From a virus (Duplodnaviria; Heunggongvirae; Uroviricota; Caudoviricetes), in the IMG/VR virus record IMGVR_UViG_2579778634_000010, positions 1-17,162 of that record: a DNA stretch of 17,162 bases. One strand, written 5' to 3'. Below are positions 1-7,410 of the stretch, one piece after another. The number at the start of each line of letters is the position of its first letter. The first letter of the stretch is position 1. The notes beneath the pieces were generated by a model that saw only the letters and a list, made by a program, of their open reading frames with translations, did no database searches and had not been told where the DNA came from. Position numbers and translations under genes: made by a program.

Positions 1-299
1 CGTTCTGTCCAGAGGATGAGGGAGCGAACATTGCGGGCGATTTTCACAGAGTAACTTTCTGTTACCTCGCGGCTAACAGACTCGCTTAAAGATAGTCTGT
101 GCTTGAACTCACGTAGTTCATTCCCTTCCAACTTAAAGAAATGTTTTCCCTGTACAAATCGCGCAGAGTTACGGGAAAAATTCATTTTTATATTGACTGT
201 TTCAGTGCCATACAATTGCGCCAATAATTCTGTAGTAATTACGGGGATCTGGTTGTAGGCAATTGGGGAAAGAGTTTCAACGGAAATTTGAGTCGCCAT
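1..299 (-). CDS. ORF6N-domain antirepressor-like protein, partial (C-terminus beyond window start)
   Basis: Reverse-strand ATG at 299..297 preceded by GAGGG; my translation MATQISVETLSPIAYNQIPVITTELLAQLYGTETVNIKMNFSRNSARFVQGKHFFKLEGNELREFK fits the ORF6N pattern (LYG..T, RN..RF, GKHFF.L.G.EL). Open to position 1, so absent from the ORF track. Confidence 0.5.
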   Translation of the reverse strand, partial: MATQISVETLSPIAYNQIPVITTELLAQLYGTETVNIKMNFSRNSARFVQGKHFFKLEGNELREFKHRLSLSESVSREVTESYSVKIARNVRSLILWTE

Positions 300-593
300 G
301 ACAACGCCCTCTGGTTGATGAATTTAACTATCACCACCGTCAGGTGCAAATCTTTGGGTGGTGAGACGTACAGGGTTTGCACTACCGGATCAACCAACCG
401 GCGAGCCTTTCGGCTCCCCCATACGCCCCACCATAATTCAGATGTGCGTGTGCTTACGACAACAAAAAACACGCTCGCGGCGTGTGTCTGTCGCGGTTGA
501 ATATCCGGGGTGCAAATCCCGACGCCAGATTTTGCTGGCGTGCGAAGAATATAATCCCGGATATGTGTTGTCGTCAACATACCTTGAATGTAT

Positions 594-609
594 ATAACAA
601 ATTTGTTAT
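594..609. promoter_or_regulatory. Perfect 16-bp palindrome ATAACAAATTTGTTAT overlapping the toxin start codon; candidate operator
   Basis: Palindrome read directly from sequence; half-sites ATAAC/GTTAT match the phage operator half-sites but with 6-bp rather than 4-bp spacing. Confidence 0.4.
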
Positions 610-949
610 GTTTACTCTCATGAACTACATTATCGAATACTACAGTGACGAGGTTGAAGCTGAGATCCTTTCTCTTCCTGAGACCTTACAAGCCCGGTAC
701 ATTCGGTACACGGAGAAAATACGTATTTACGGAGCTAATCTTGGTTCCCCGCATACAGAGGCATTTGGCGACGGTTTGTTTGAAATCCGCCTTAAGGGCT
801 CGGAAGGCATAGGGCGTGTTTTTTACTGCACGCTAAAAGGAAAGCGAATCATTATGTTGCATAGCTTTGTAAAGAAAACGCAAAAAACTCCACCTGCCGA
901 GCTTAGAAAAGCTGAAACCAGAATGAAGGAGGTTAAGCATGACTGGTAA
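608..949 (+). CDS. RelE/ParE-superfamily toxin, HigB-like (Gp49-like)
   Basis: About 113 aa; MFTLMNYIIEYYSDEVEAEILSLPE...GRVFYCTLKGKRIIMLHSFVKKTQKTP typical of HigB/Gp49 toxins; overlaps the downstream HTH gene by 11 nt. Start uncertain (608 or 620); no clear SD. Confidence 0.65.
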   Translation: MFTLMNYIIEYYSDEVEAEILSLPETLQARYIRYTEKIRIYGANLGSPHTEAFGDGLFEIRLKGSEGIGRVFYCTLKGKRIIMLHSFVKKTQKTPPAELRKAETRMKEVKHDW

Positions 950-1247
950 ACGTACCCCACCTACCATGACACACGATGAAATGGTAGAAAAAATGTTGTC
1001 TAACCCCGCAGTAAAAGCAGAATACGACGCCATCGCCGATGAATTCGCACTACTTGATGAAATGCTGGCAGCACGAAAAGAAGCTGGCTTAACCCAGGCT
1101 GAAGTTGCTGAACGTATGGGAACAAAAGCGACTGCGATAACCAGAATGGAAAGCAATCTTGCATCAGGTACAAGCGGCCCATCATTTGCCACACTGAAAA
1201 AATTCGCCCGTGCTACAGGGAAAAAACTCCAGATCCGCTTCGTTTAA
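939..1247 (+). CDS. HTH XRE-family antitoxin, HigA-like
   Basis: 102 aa; AAGGAGG before ATG 939; HTH segment LTQAEVAERMGTKATAITRMES; toxin-first gene order typical of HigBA modules. Confidence 0.7.
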   Translation: MTGKRTPPTMTHDEMVEKMLSNPAVKAEYDAIADEFALLDEMLAARKEAGLTQAEVAERMGTKATAITRMESNLASGTSGPSFATLKKFARATGKKLQIRFV

Positions 1248-1301
1248 CTCTCCACTACCGCGCCGTCATTCTGGCGGCGCTTTACCCCAGAGAAATATCA
1301 A

Positions 1302-1547
1302 TCACCGGATTACCACATCCCACTCCGGCTCCTGCCATCTCAAATCCGGTGAATCATTTCTCTCAGGAATAACCATTACGTCCTTTTCCCTTCGCTCCCT
1401 TTCTATCGCCATCACAGCCAATGCTGTAACCATGATGTATTTTTGTTCGTCGGTTCCTGTTTCATAACGACGCATGAGGGTAAACTCGGGGCGATCAGTA
1501 ACCTCAATGATTTCGTTAATTTCTTTAATTTCGCGAGGAATATCCAT
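1302..1547 (-). CDS. Hypothetical small acidic protein (81 aa)
   Basis: ATG at 1547 with AGGAG 9 nt upstream on the - strand; its start overlaps the + strand start of the DUF4145 gene at an NcoI-like CCATGG; perfect 10-bp inverted repeat TCACCGGATT/AATCCGGTGA (1302..1311, 1343..1352) at its 3' end. Confidence 0.3.
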   Translation of the reverse strand: MDIPREIKEINEIIEVTDRPEFTLMRRYETGTDEQKYIMVTALAVMAIERERREKDVMVIPERNDSPDLRWQEPEWDVVIR

Positions 1548-2220
1548 GGGTTTAGTCTCCTTTGATATCACATGCCCGCACTGTTTAAAAGAGCGAGCTG
1601 TTATTGAGGCATTTGCCGAAAAACAAATTGAAAAAACACCTTTTTTTAACGTCGCTTTTGTATGCAGAAGTTGTCATCGAGGAGGTGTTGCTATTGTTGA
1701 AATCCCATCAGACCACTATCACGGTCCCATGGCGGAAAGCCAGAAAAAAGACCTCGATATTCTGATTTCAGGAAATAGCCAGTACCGTTTCCGCAAGATC
1801 TATCCTGTGGTCAAAAAAATTACCGCACCAGAATATACGCCCCCGGTTGCAGACCGTACTTTTGTTGAGGCAAAAGAGGATTTACAGAGGAGGCGGTACG
1901 ACACAGTGGTTATTCTTTGTCGCAGAGTCCTCGATATCTCCACGAAAAAACTGCTCGGCGATGAAGCAGGAAAAGAATCGCTGTCGCAACGTATTCAGAT
2001 GATTTACAAAAAAGGCCTGATCACTGAACAGATGAAGGAATGGGCTCATATTGTACGAATTGATGCCAATAAAGCAGTTCATACAGATGAAGTTTTCACA
2101 CCAATTGAGGCAAGCCAGATCCTGAGTTTTACCGAAATGTTTTTAGTCTACGCCTTCACTCTGCCTGCAATGGTGGAAGCCAGACGTGAACAAAAAAGAT
2201 CAGATTCAGCCTCTATATGA
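1546..2220 (+). CDS. Zinc-ribbon plus DUF4145-like domain protein; candidate anti-phage / exclusion gene
   Basis: 224 aa from ATG 1546 (GAGGA 6 nt upstream); N-terminal CPHC...CRSCH; C-terminal HIVRIDANKAVHTDEVFTPIEASQILSFTEMFLVYAF matches the DUF4145 signature as I remember it; opposite strand to the surrounding operon. Confidence 0.65.
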   Translation: MGLVSFDITCPHCLKERAVIEAFAEKQIEKTPFFNVAFVCRSCHRGGVAIVEIPSDHYHGPMAESQKKDLDILISGNSQYRFRKIYPVVKKITAPEYTPPVADRTFVEAKEDLQRRRYDTVVILCRRVLDISTKKLLGDEAGKESLSQRIQMIYKKGLITEQMKEWAHIVRIDANKAVHTDEVFTPIEASQILSFTEMFLVYAFTLPAMVEARREQKRSDSASI

Positions 2221-2252
2221 ATCACTTTTCTGAACACGTAAGCCCCCGTCAT

Positions 2253-2684
2253 TCACGACGGGGAGAACATCAATCCCTCTGCACTCCCTCGCCAGAATGC
2301 CAGCACACGCTGCATCGTTTCGCTGTTACGGCACTCGCGACAAATTGTGTTGTAGCGTCTGTCGTAGCGCCGTATTTCCCCATCTGGTAATGCCCGGATA
2401 AGGTCTGGATCAACGACAACCGGTTTCTTCGACTTTGCCCTTGAGAGTTTTTTGCGGGCATTTTGCCAGTCCTTACGAGCCTGTTCAGACGGGAATACTC
2501 CGTAACCGGAATTGTAAACATCACCACTGGCGGCCAGCTCCATGCATAAACGACCGACAGACGCATGACTGACACCAATTTCATCCGATAACTGCCGAAT
2601 CGTGCCTCGTCCGTTAAGGCGTACGAATTCCACGATCAGCCCCTTAATTTTTTCCCGCTCTTCTGGTGTAAATGCTCTTGTCAT
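2253..2684 (-). CDS. Hypothetical HTH-containing protein (143 aa)
   Basis: ATG 2684 with GGAGGT upstream; HTH-like segment TIRQLSDEIGVSHASVGRL; last gene of the leftward early operon in this window. Confidence 0.6.
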   Translation of the reverse strand: MTRAFTPEEREKIKGLIVEFVRLNGRGTIRQLSDEIGVSHASVGRLCMELAASGDVYNSGYGVFPSEQARKDWQNARKKLSRAKSKKPVVVDPDLIRALPDGEIRRYDRRYNTICRECRNSETMQRVLAFWRGSAEGLMFSPS

Positions 2685-2699
2685 AAGCACCTCCGGAGA

Positions 2700-3470
2700 T
2701 CACTTTGTTGTCGGTGAATGAACCGGAATATCAGCAATCGAACTGAAAATATCCCGGTGTTTATTCAGCTCCCGCAGCGCGGCGCAGACTCGCTCCCACT
2801 TCTGAACATCACTTTTCGCCCTGCGCAGCGCCAGGTTTGCCCTGCGCAGGGACGGAAAAATCAGCTCATCTGCTTGCGTTTCGGTAAACGATGGCAACGA
2901 CTGCACAATGTCCGCCACAGTTTCTGTTTTAATTTCTTCCTGTGTTGCGGCTTCCCGGACTGGTAACGCAGCACCTGCTGGCTGAGGAAAGGCCTTACCA
3001 TCATTTTCCGTTACCGGCGCGGTTTTCGGATCTGCTGGTAAATTACCCCCCGGCATGCAGTAACGAAATTTACCGTTCTGATTAACGCGTGCCAGCCGCC
3101 CCGTTGCGGTTACCACCGCCAGCGTGGAAGCAACCTTGCGAGTGGTAACTCCGAACTTACCCGCTATTTCTTCACAGGTTTTAGCCCCCTCCTGAGAGAT
3201 AAACTCAATCATCATGTCAGCGCTAACTTTTGGAGCGACCTCTTCGGTCAGCATATCCTGTGTTTCAGATTTTACTGGCCGCTCTTCGGTTACCCGGGAT
3301 TCACCTTCGACAGCCAGAAACCAGGTGTGACCCGTTTTATCAACAACGCCATTTTTTTTGAGTTCCCACAGTTCGTTGAGAACTTCTTCACGGCTGATAT
3401 CAAGCCGCGCCGCCAGTTCAACAGAATTGGCTTTTCCCATCGCTTTCAGTGCATGCAATACGGTTTCCAT
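2700..3470 (-). CDS. Hypothetical winged-helix-like prophage protein (256 aa); possibly DUF1627-type
   Basis: ATG 3470 with GAGGT 9 nt upstream; directly downstream of the DnaC-like gene; family name is from memory only. Confidence 0.65.
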   Translation of the reverse strand: METVLHALKAMGKANSVELAARLDISREEVLNELWELKKNGVVDKTGHTWFLAVEGESRVTEERPVKSETQDMLTEEVAPKVSADMMIEFISQEGAKTCEEIAGKFGVTTRKVASTLAVVTATGRLARVNQNGKFRYCMPGGNLPADPKTAPVTENDGKAFPQPAGAALPVREAATQEEIKTETVADIVQSLPSFTETQADELIFPSLRRANLALRRAKSDVQKWERVCAALRELNKHRDIFSSIADIPVHSPTTK

Positions 3471-3495
3471 CGAAAATTTACCTCGTCAAAAATTC

Positions 3496-4236
3496 TCACA
3501 TACCCTGACGTCCAACGTTTGACCGCCAGCTCTCCCAGTTAAAATTCACCCAACGACCACCATTCATGGTCATACGGTCCATCACTCGCTCCCCCAGAAG
3601 CCTGCTCATCGCACCGTGATTCAGGTTAGTCAGCATCCCGACACTGCGCAGTGATGCCGTTCTGCGGTCGACGATCTGGTTCAGTATGACCTGCTCGTTG
3701 CGCGTATCCCGCTGCATGCCAATTTCATCAAGGACCAGAAGGTCAACTCCACAAAGCTCCTGTAAAAATTTTTCCCCGGACTTGCCGTTGTCGTAGCCGT
3801 CATGCAACACACTCATGACATCGGACACGGTGACGATAATCACGCTTCTCCCCTTCGCCATTAGCCAGTTGCCAATCGCTGCTGCAAGGTGATTTTTCCC
3901 GGTGCCAGGTTTACCGCTGAACACGAAATTCGTGCAGCCGGTATGCAGCTCTGCCGCGATGGATTTTGCCTGACTCAGAGCATGGCGCTGACCGTCGTTC
4001 TGCACCCGGTAGTTCCCGAATGAGCACTTCCTGTGAAGCGGCTGGATGCCCGAACGGTTCAGGATTTTTTCAACCCGCGCCTGATGATTCAGGCGGTTAA
4101 TTTCCTCGCTGCGCTTACGGCCCTCAGCCAGTTGCCATTCCCGCCATTCGTCGGTCGTCCGGAACGGTGCTGCCACGTGCGGTGGTGCCAGACGGCGCAC
4201 CCGTTCAAGAATCCCTCCTGTCGAAATGTTTTTCAT
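3496..4236 (-). CDS. DnaC-like helicase loader (IstB-type AAA+ ATPase)
   Basis: 246 aa; Walker A GKPGTGKNHLA, Walker B LLVLDEIG; start 6 nt after the stop of the O-like gene. Confidence 0.85.
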   Translation of the reverse strand: MKNISTGGILERVRRLAPPHVAAPFRTTDEWREWQLAEGRKRSEEINRLNHQARVEKILNRSGIQPLHRKCSFGNYRVQNDGQRHALSQAKSIAAELHTGCTNFVFSGKPGTGKNHLAAAIGNWLMAKGRSVIIVTVSDVMSVLHDGYDNGKSGEKFLQELCGVDLLVLDEIGMQRDTRNEQVILNQIVDRRTASLRSVGMLTNLNHGAMSRLLGERVMDRMTMNGGRWVNFNWESWRSNVGRQGM

Positions 4237-4242
4237 GGCTGA

Positions 4243-5343
4243 TTACCCCCTGAAACCCGGCGGAATTTCGGTGTCCGGTTCAGAAATGTGATTCACGCAA
4301 CGCAGGCTGACTGCGCCAGCCTTCGGCAGCGACCACGGATTTTCGAAATTCCTGTTCGGGCCAAAAAACGTCGATGCCTGCTGAACAAATTCAGTTCCCG
4401 CTTTCCCGGTAGCCTCCAGGTATCTTGCGTAACGCCTCACGCCATCCAGCACGACATCCGGTGACACCCCTTCGCGTAATCTGGCCCTCCAGGCATTGAA
4501 CGCGGATTTCTTCGGGTTTGACCCTGCCCGATGCGGATATTCACGCCAGACCCGTTCGAACACGTCAGGATAATCAACTCGTCCCGCAGACGGTCCCGGC
4601 ATCGCCCGGGTTAACCCAATCGGCTTCCCGCTCATCGCGGAATCGGCTTCAGGCTGCTGCGGTTGGCGTTGTTGCTCCGGTTCGACGATCAGCACCTGCT
4701 GCACACAACGCCCGGAATCTGCTTCCGGTGTCGTGCCAGCTGGTCCTGGACGTTCAGTCAGAACAGGACAAAAATCCCCCTGCGGGTCCGTGGCGATTTT
4801 TTCGCCATGGACCAGAAGGGTTTTATCCCTTTCCTGTTCTTGTTCTTGTTCCTGTTCCTGTTCCTGTTCCTGTTCTTGGCTTGAAAGGGGCTCTGAAGGG
4901 GCTTCAATTTTCCGACATGATTCACGTCTGACATCCAGGTGGAAATCATCCTTATATCTATCATAAAAGGATGATAAAAAAGGATTTTCCAGCAACGCGG
5001 AATATTCATTTCTTACCCCAGCACAACGGTTATCGCCAGGTTTCAGCGATTCACCAACCTGCCATGCTGCCATTTCATGCACCCATACAACCTCAGAATC
5101 ATGGTCATAGCTGCAAAAACCAGCCTCGCAAGCCATTTGAAGCCCCTTAGAAGCCCCTTCAGGATCAAGTCCGGTTTCGTGAGCAATGTACAAAACAGGC
5201 AGGTAATAAAGGCCCAGCATATTGGAATGAGGCGAGGTCATCATATACAACGCCACTACCATACATTCCGGACCAGACTTCCTTAGTTTTCTCCCTGTTT
5301 CGCCTAACCAGAACTGAGGTGAAATTGTTGCGTAATTACGCAT
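4243..5343 (-). CDS. Replication initiation protein, O-like (YdaU/DUF1376-type) with internal (EQ)n tract
   Basis: 366 aa; position between the cII-like and DnaC-like genes; N-terminus MRNYATISPQFWLGETGRKL; acidic EQEQEQ tract; family assignment from memory. Confidence 0.7.
   Translation of the reverse strand: MRNYATISPQFWLGETGRKLRKSGPECMVVALYMMTSPHSNMLGLYYLPVLYIAHETGLDPEGASKGLQMACEAGFCSYDHDSEVVWVHEMAAWQVGESLKPGDNRCAGVRNEYSALLENPFLSSFYDRYKDDFHLDVRRESCRKIEAPSEPLSSQEQEQEQEQEQEQEQERDKTLLVHGEKIATDPQGDFCPVLTERPGPAGTTPEADSGRCVQQVLIVEPEQQRQPQQPEADSAMSGKPIGLTRAMPGPSAGRVDYPDVFERVWREYPHRAGSNPKKSAFNAWRARLREGVSPDVVLDGVRRYARYLEATGKAGTEFVQQASTFFGPNRNFENPWSLPKAGAVSLRCVNHISEPDTEIPPGFRG
4834..4875. repeat. 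Hexanucleotide tandem repeat (CTGTTC/TTGTTC) x7 encoding (EQ)n on the - strand
   Basis: Seven consecutive 6-bp units read directly; in frame within the O-like CDS. Confidence 0.9.
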
Positions 5344-5483
5344 AGTCCCCTCGCATACAAGATTTACTCCATACCGCAGACGGTCCCGGTATCTCCCGGG
5401 TTAACCCAATCGGCTTCAGGCTGCTGCGGTTGGTGTTGTTGCTGGCGAAATTCTTCCAGATGTGGCAGAATTATTCCCGTGTA

Positions 5484-5560
5484 TTGCTCCATGCCCTGCC
5501 TGAATATCAGATATTCATCAGGATTTGCTCAGAACGTCCGGCCCCAACCGGACGTTTTTT
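5484..5560 (+). ncRNA. oop: OOP-like antisense RNA overlapping the 3' end of the cII-like gene
   Basis: 3' portion CAUCAGGAUUUGCUCAGAACGUCCGGCCCCAACCGGACGUUUUUUAUU closely resembles the lambda oop 3' end as I remember it; terminator stem 5534..5541/5548..5555 plus U-run 5555..5560; antisense to the last ~18 codons of cII. The 5' end is placed by analogy to the 77-nt lambda RNA. Confidence 0.6.
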
Positions 5561-5803
5561 ATTTGCATGAACGTTAATGGCATGCTGGAAAGCCCGGCTG
5601 ATCGGACTGATATCAGATGCCATCTGAAACGCGCATAAAATCGCCGCGATGTATCGCCAGTCGGTACGACTGACCTTCGATTCATGGCAGCCAATCATCT
5701 TCGCCAGTCCCCTTTGCGTCAGAGCTGACAGGTTGATAAGTAAATCCGTTTCAGCGCGATCGATATCGCGCTGTGACAGTTTGCTGTAACTTGTTTGTGA
5801 CAT
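5507..5803 (-). CDS. cII: CII-like transcriptional activator
   Basis: 98 aa; C-terminus HANKKRPVGAGRSEQILMNI resembles lambda CII (TNKKRPAATERSEQIQMEF); AGGAAA 8 nt upstream; position after cro and nutR. Confidence 0.8.
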   Translation of the reverse strand: MSQTSYSKLSQRDIDRAETDLLINLSALTQRGLAKMIGCHESKVSRTDWRYIAAILCAFQMASDISPISRAFQHAINVHANKKRPVGAGRSEQILMNI

Positions 5804-5871
5804 TTGTTAATTTTCCTATATTGATATGGGGTTAAGCGGCAATCCCCAATGGGTTTGCCACTGATGTTTGC

Positions 5872-5912
5872 TCACCCTGTTAGAGGTGAACGACCAGCAA
5901 TGTTAAAGAGCG
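5872..5912 (-). promoter_or_regulatory. nutR candidate: boxA CGCTCTTTAA (5912..5903) plus boxB hairpin (5889..5872)
   Basis: On the - strand GCTCTTTAACATTG is shared with the nutL candidate; it is followed by a 5-bp stem with an 8-nt loop containing CUAA; lies just after the cro stop, as nutR does in lambda. Confidence 0.55.
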
Positions 5913-5919
5913 GTGTTAC

Positions 5920-6144
5920 TTATTCAGCCTGGTTCGGATGAGGAAACAGGTGCGGTAAGTCCGGGCGAATTTCGTAAGCCTTAACCTGACCATTGGTGGC
6001 ATTAACGATAGCGAAAACTTTTTCAGGAGAAACTTTTCCGCCTCGCAACCATTTATGAACAGCGGGCTGTGATACGCCGCAATCAGCTGCAAGTCGTTTT
6101 TGACTGCCAACAATATTCAAGGCTCGCTGAATCACTAAATTCAT
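5920..6144 (-). CDS. cro: Cro-like HTH repressor
   Basis: About 75 aa from ATG 6144 (AGAGGT upstream); HTH QKRLAADCGVSQPAVHKWLRG; divergent from the cI-like gene across the operator region. Confidence 0.75.
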   Translation of the reverse strand: MNLVIQRALNIVGSQKRLAADCGVSQPAVHKWLRGGKVSPEKVFAIVNATNGQVKAYEIRPDLPHLFPHPNQAE

Positions 6145-6170
6145 GAGCATACCTCTACAGCAAATAAAGC

Positions 6171-6254
6171 ATAACCAAAAATAACATGAGTTATACACCA
6201 GGGCAATAACAATTGTTGTTTTACTTTTGATAACCGTGGTTATAGATTACAGGT
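6171..6254. promoter_or_regulatory. OR-like region: three operators (6181..6194, 6206..6219, 6230..6243) with divergent PR/PRM
   Basis: Sites ATAACATGAGTTAT, ATAACAATTGTTGT, ATAACCGTGGTTAT spaced 24-25 bp; extra half-site ATAACC at 6171; TAGATT at 6243..6248 ends 7 nt before the cI ATG (lambda PRM -10 is TAGATT); TATAAC on the - strand overlaps the cro-proximal site. Confidence 0.7.
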
Positions 6255-6962
6255 ATGAAAACATTCGCAGAAAGACTAAATGCCGCCATGAGTTCAGCCG
6301 GGTTGTCACAAGCACAACTTGCAGACATGGTGGGGGTATCACAACCAGCCATACAAAAGATGTCATCTGGTAAAACAACCGGATCACGTAAAATGGTCGA
6401 ATTAGCCAACGCGTTAAGAGTTCGCCCTGAATGGCTAAGCTCTGGTATAGGGTCAATGAGACCACAGAGCGCAGAAGAGCCATCTAATGCTCGGGAATCA
6501 TCTTTAAAAGCTATCGCCTGGGATGATCATCAAAATGATAATGACGAATTTGTTGCGCTCCCCCTTCTAAATATTTCACTTTCAGCTGGCGGAGGAAGTT
6601 GTGCATTGGAGGAGTCCGCAGAATTCTCTCTAGTTTTTAGGCGCTATTACCTGAAAAAAATGGGAGTTCCAGAAAAAGCGGCAAAGTTGGTCAGGGTTGT
6701 TGGGCAAAGCATGGAGCCAACACTCCATGATGGTGATGTGGTGGGGGTAAACACGCAAGATACGAGCATCAGGGATGGTAAAACATATGCAATTTGCCAA
6801 GCTGATTTGTTAAGGGTAAAAACGCTCATAGCCACGCCAACATCGGTAATTATCAGATCGATAAACCGCGAAGAGTATCCTGATGAAGTAATGAACAGAG
6901 AAGAATTCTACAAAAACGTAAGAATCATAGGGCGAGTGTTCTGGTCATCACATAGCTGGTAA
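6255..6962 (+). CDS. cI: CI-like repressor (N-terminal HTH, C-terminal S24/LexA-type autoprotease domain)
   Basis: 235 aa; HTH LSQAQLADMVGVSQPAIQKM; catalytic Ser in GQSMEP and Lys in LLRVKTL; no SD, so probably leaderless as in lambda. Confidence 0.85.
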   Translation: MKTFAERLNAAMSSAGLSQAQLADMVGVSQPAIQKMSSGKTTGSRKMVELANALRVRPEWLSSGIGSMRPQSAEEPSNARESSLKAIAWDDHQNDNDEFVALPLLNISLSAGGGSCALEESAEFSLVFRRYYLKKMGVPEKAAKLVRVVGQSMEPTLHDGDVVGVNTQDTSIRDGKTYAICQADLLRVKTLIATPTSVIIRSINREEYPDEVMNREEFYKNVRIIGRVFWSSHSW

Positions 6963-7086
6963 TCAGACTCCAACTGAACTTTTGCTATAAGAACACTCAC
7001 GAAGAACGGCCTTTTATTGTGCTCAATACCACCGATGGTAAACCATTCGCCAAGTAGCCAATTCATAAAATGCCATTTCTAAATCC

Positions 7087-7112
7087 CCCGGCTCCAGTGC
7101 CGGGTTTTATTT
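7087..7112. terminator. Intrinsic terminator between convergent cI-like gene and the 7115..7336 gene
   Basis: Stem CCCGGC/GCCGGG with 6-nt loop followed by TTTTATTT on the + strand; U-rich on the - strand as well. Confidence 0.6.
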
Positions 7113-7114
7113 AC

Positions 7115-7336
7115 TTAATTACACAGTCGCATATCCTGAAGTAACACATCTATAGCTAACTTCACAGCGAGATCATCCAATTCATCATGGTGAAGCACTC
7201 GGATCATTCCCGCAATAGCATCTGCTGAAATAGCTTCCCCAGTAGCAATAACCTCAAGCAACGACACCCCTAGAATTTCGACTACCCGCTGGTGCAACAC
7301 ACCAAATTCCCCTTCGATTAACATGCAATCACCCAT
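7115..7336 (-). CDS. Hypothetical small protein in the rex-equivalent slot, antisense to cI
   Basis: About 73 aa from ATG 7336 (alternative ATG 7324; the track ORF starts at a TTG at 7381); terminator directly after its stop; no family recognised. Confidence 0.45.
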   Translation of the reverse strand: MGDCMLIEGEFGVLHQRVVEILGVSLLEVIATGEAISADAIAGMIRVLHHDELDDLAVKLAIDVLLQDMRLCN

Positions 7337-7410
7337 AACAATCAGCCTTTCCCCCTTGAAAATATCACGCGGATACCACAAAAAATAAAATATTTTTGTT
7401 ATCAGTCATT

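Noticed and set aside
505-545. tRNA-like T-arm motif GGGGTGCAAATCCCG followed by an acceptor-like stem
   Set aside because: No matching 5' acceptor strand, D-arm or anticodon arm in the right geometry; the complementary strand of the stem lies downstream, so it is a simple hairpin, not a tRNA.
239-597. Track ORFs 239..580 (-), 288..500 (+) and 358..597 (+)
   Set aside because: They lie in the hairpin-rich spacer, use TTG/GTG starts without SD motifs, and have low-complexity composition; treated as noncoding.
2244-2263. Hairpin CCCCGTC/GACGGGG between the convergent DUF4145 gene and the 143-aa gene
   Set aside because: No U-tract on either strand, and the stop codon of the - strand gene lies in the loop; not called as a terminator.
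4834-4875. Possible CRISPR-like repeat
   Set aside because: Units are 6 bp with no spacers and are in-frame coding sequence; this is a microsatellite.
4518-5009. ORFs antisense or out of frame within the O-like gene (4518..4931, 4663..4884, 4733..4966 on +; 4758..5009 on -)
   Set aside because: Artifacts of the hexanucleotide repeat (poly-LF, poly-SC, poly-NR/NK readings); the long - strand ORF 4243..5343 explains the region.
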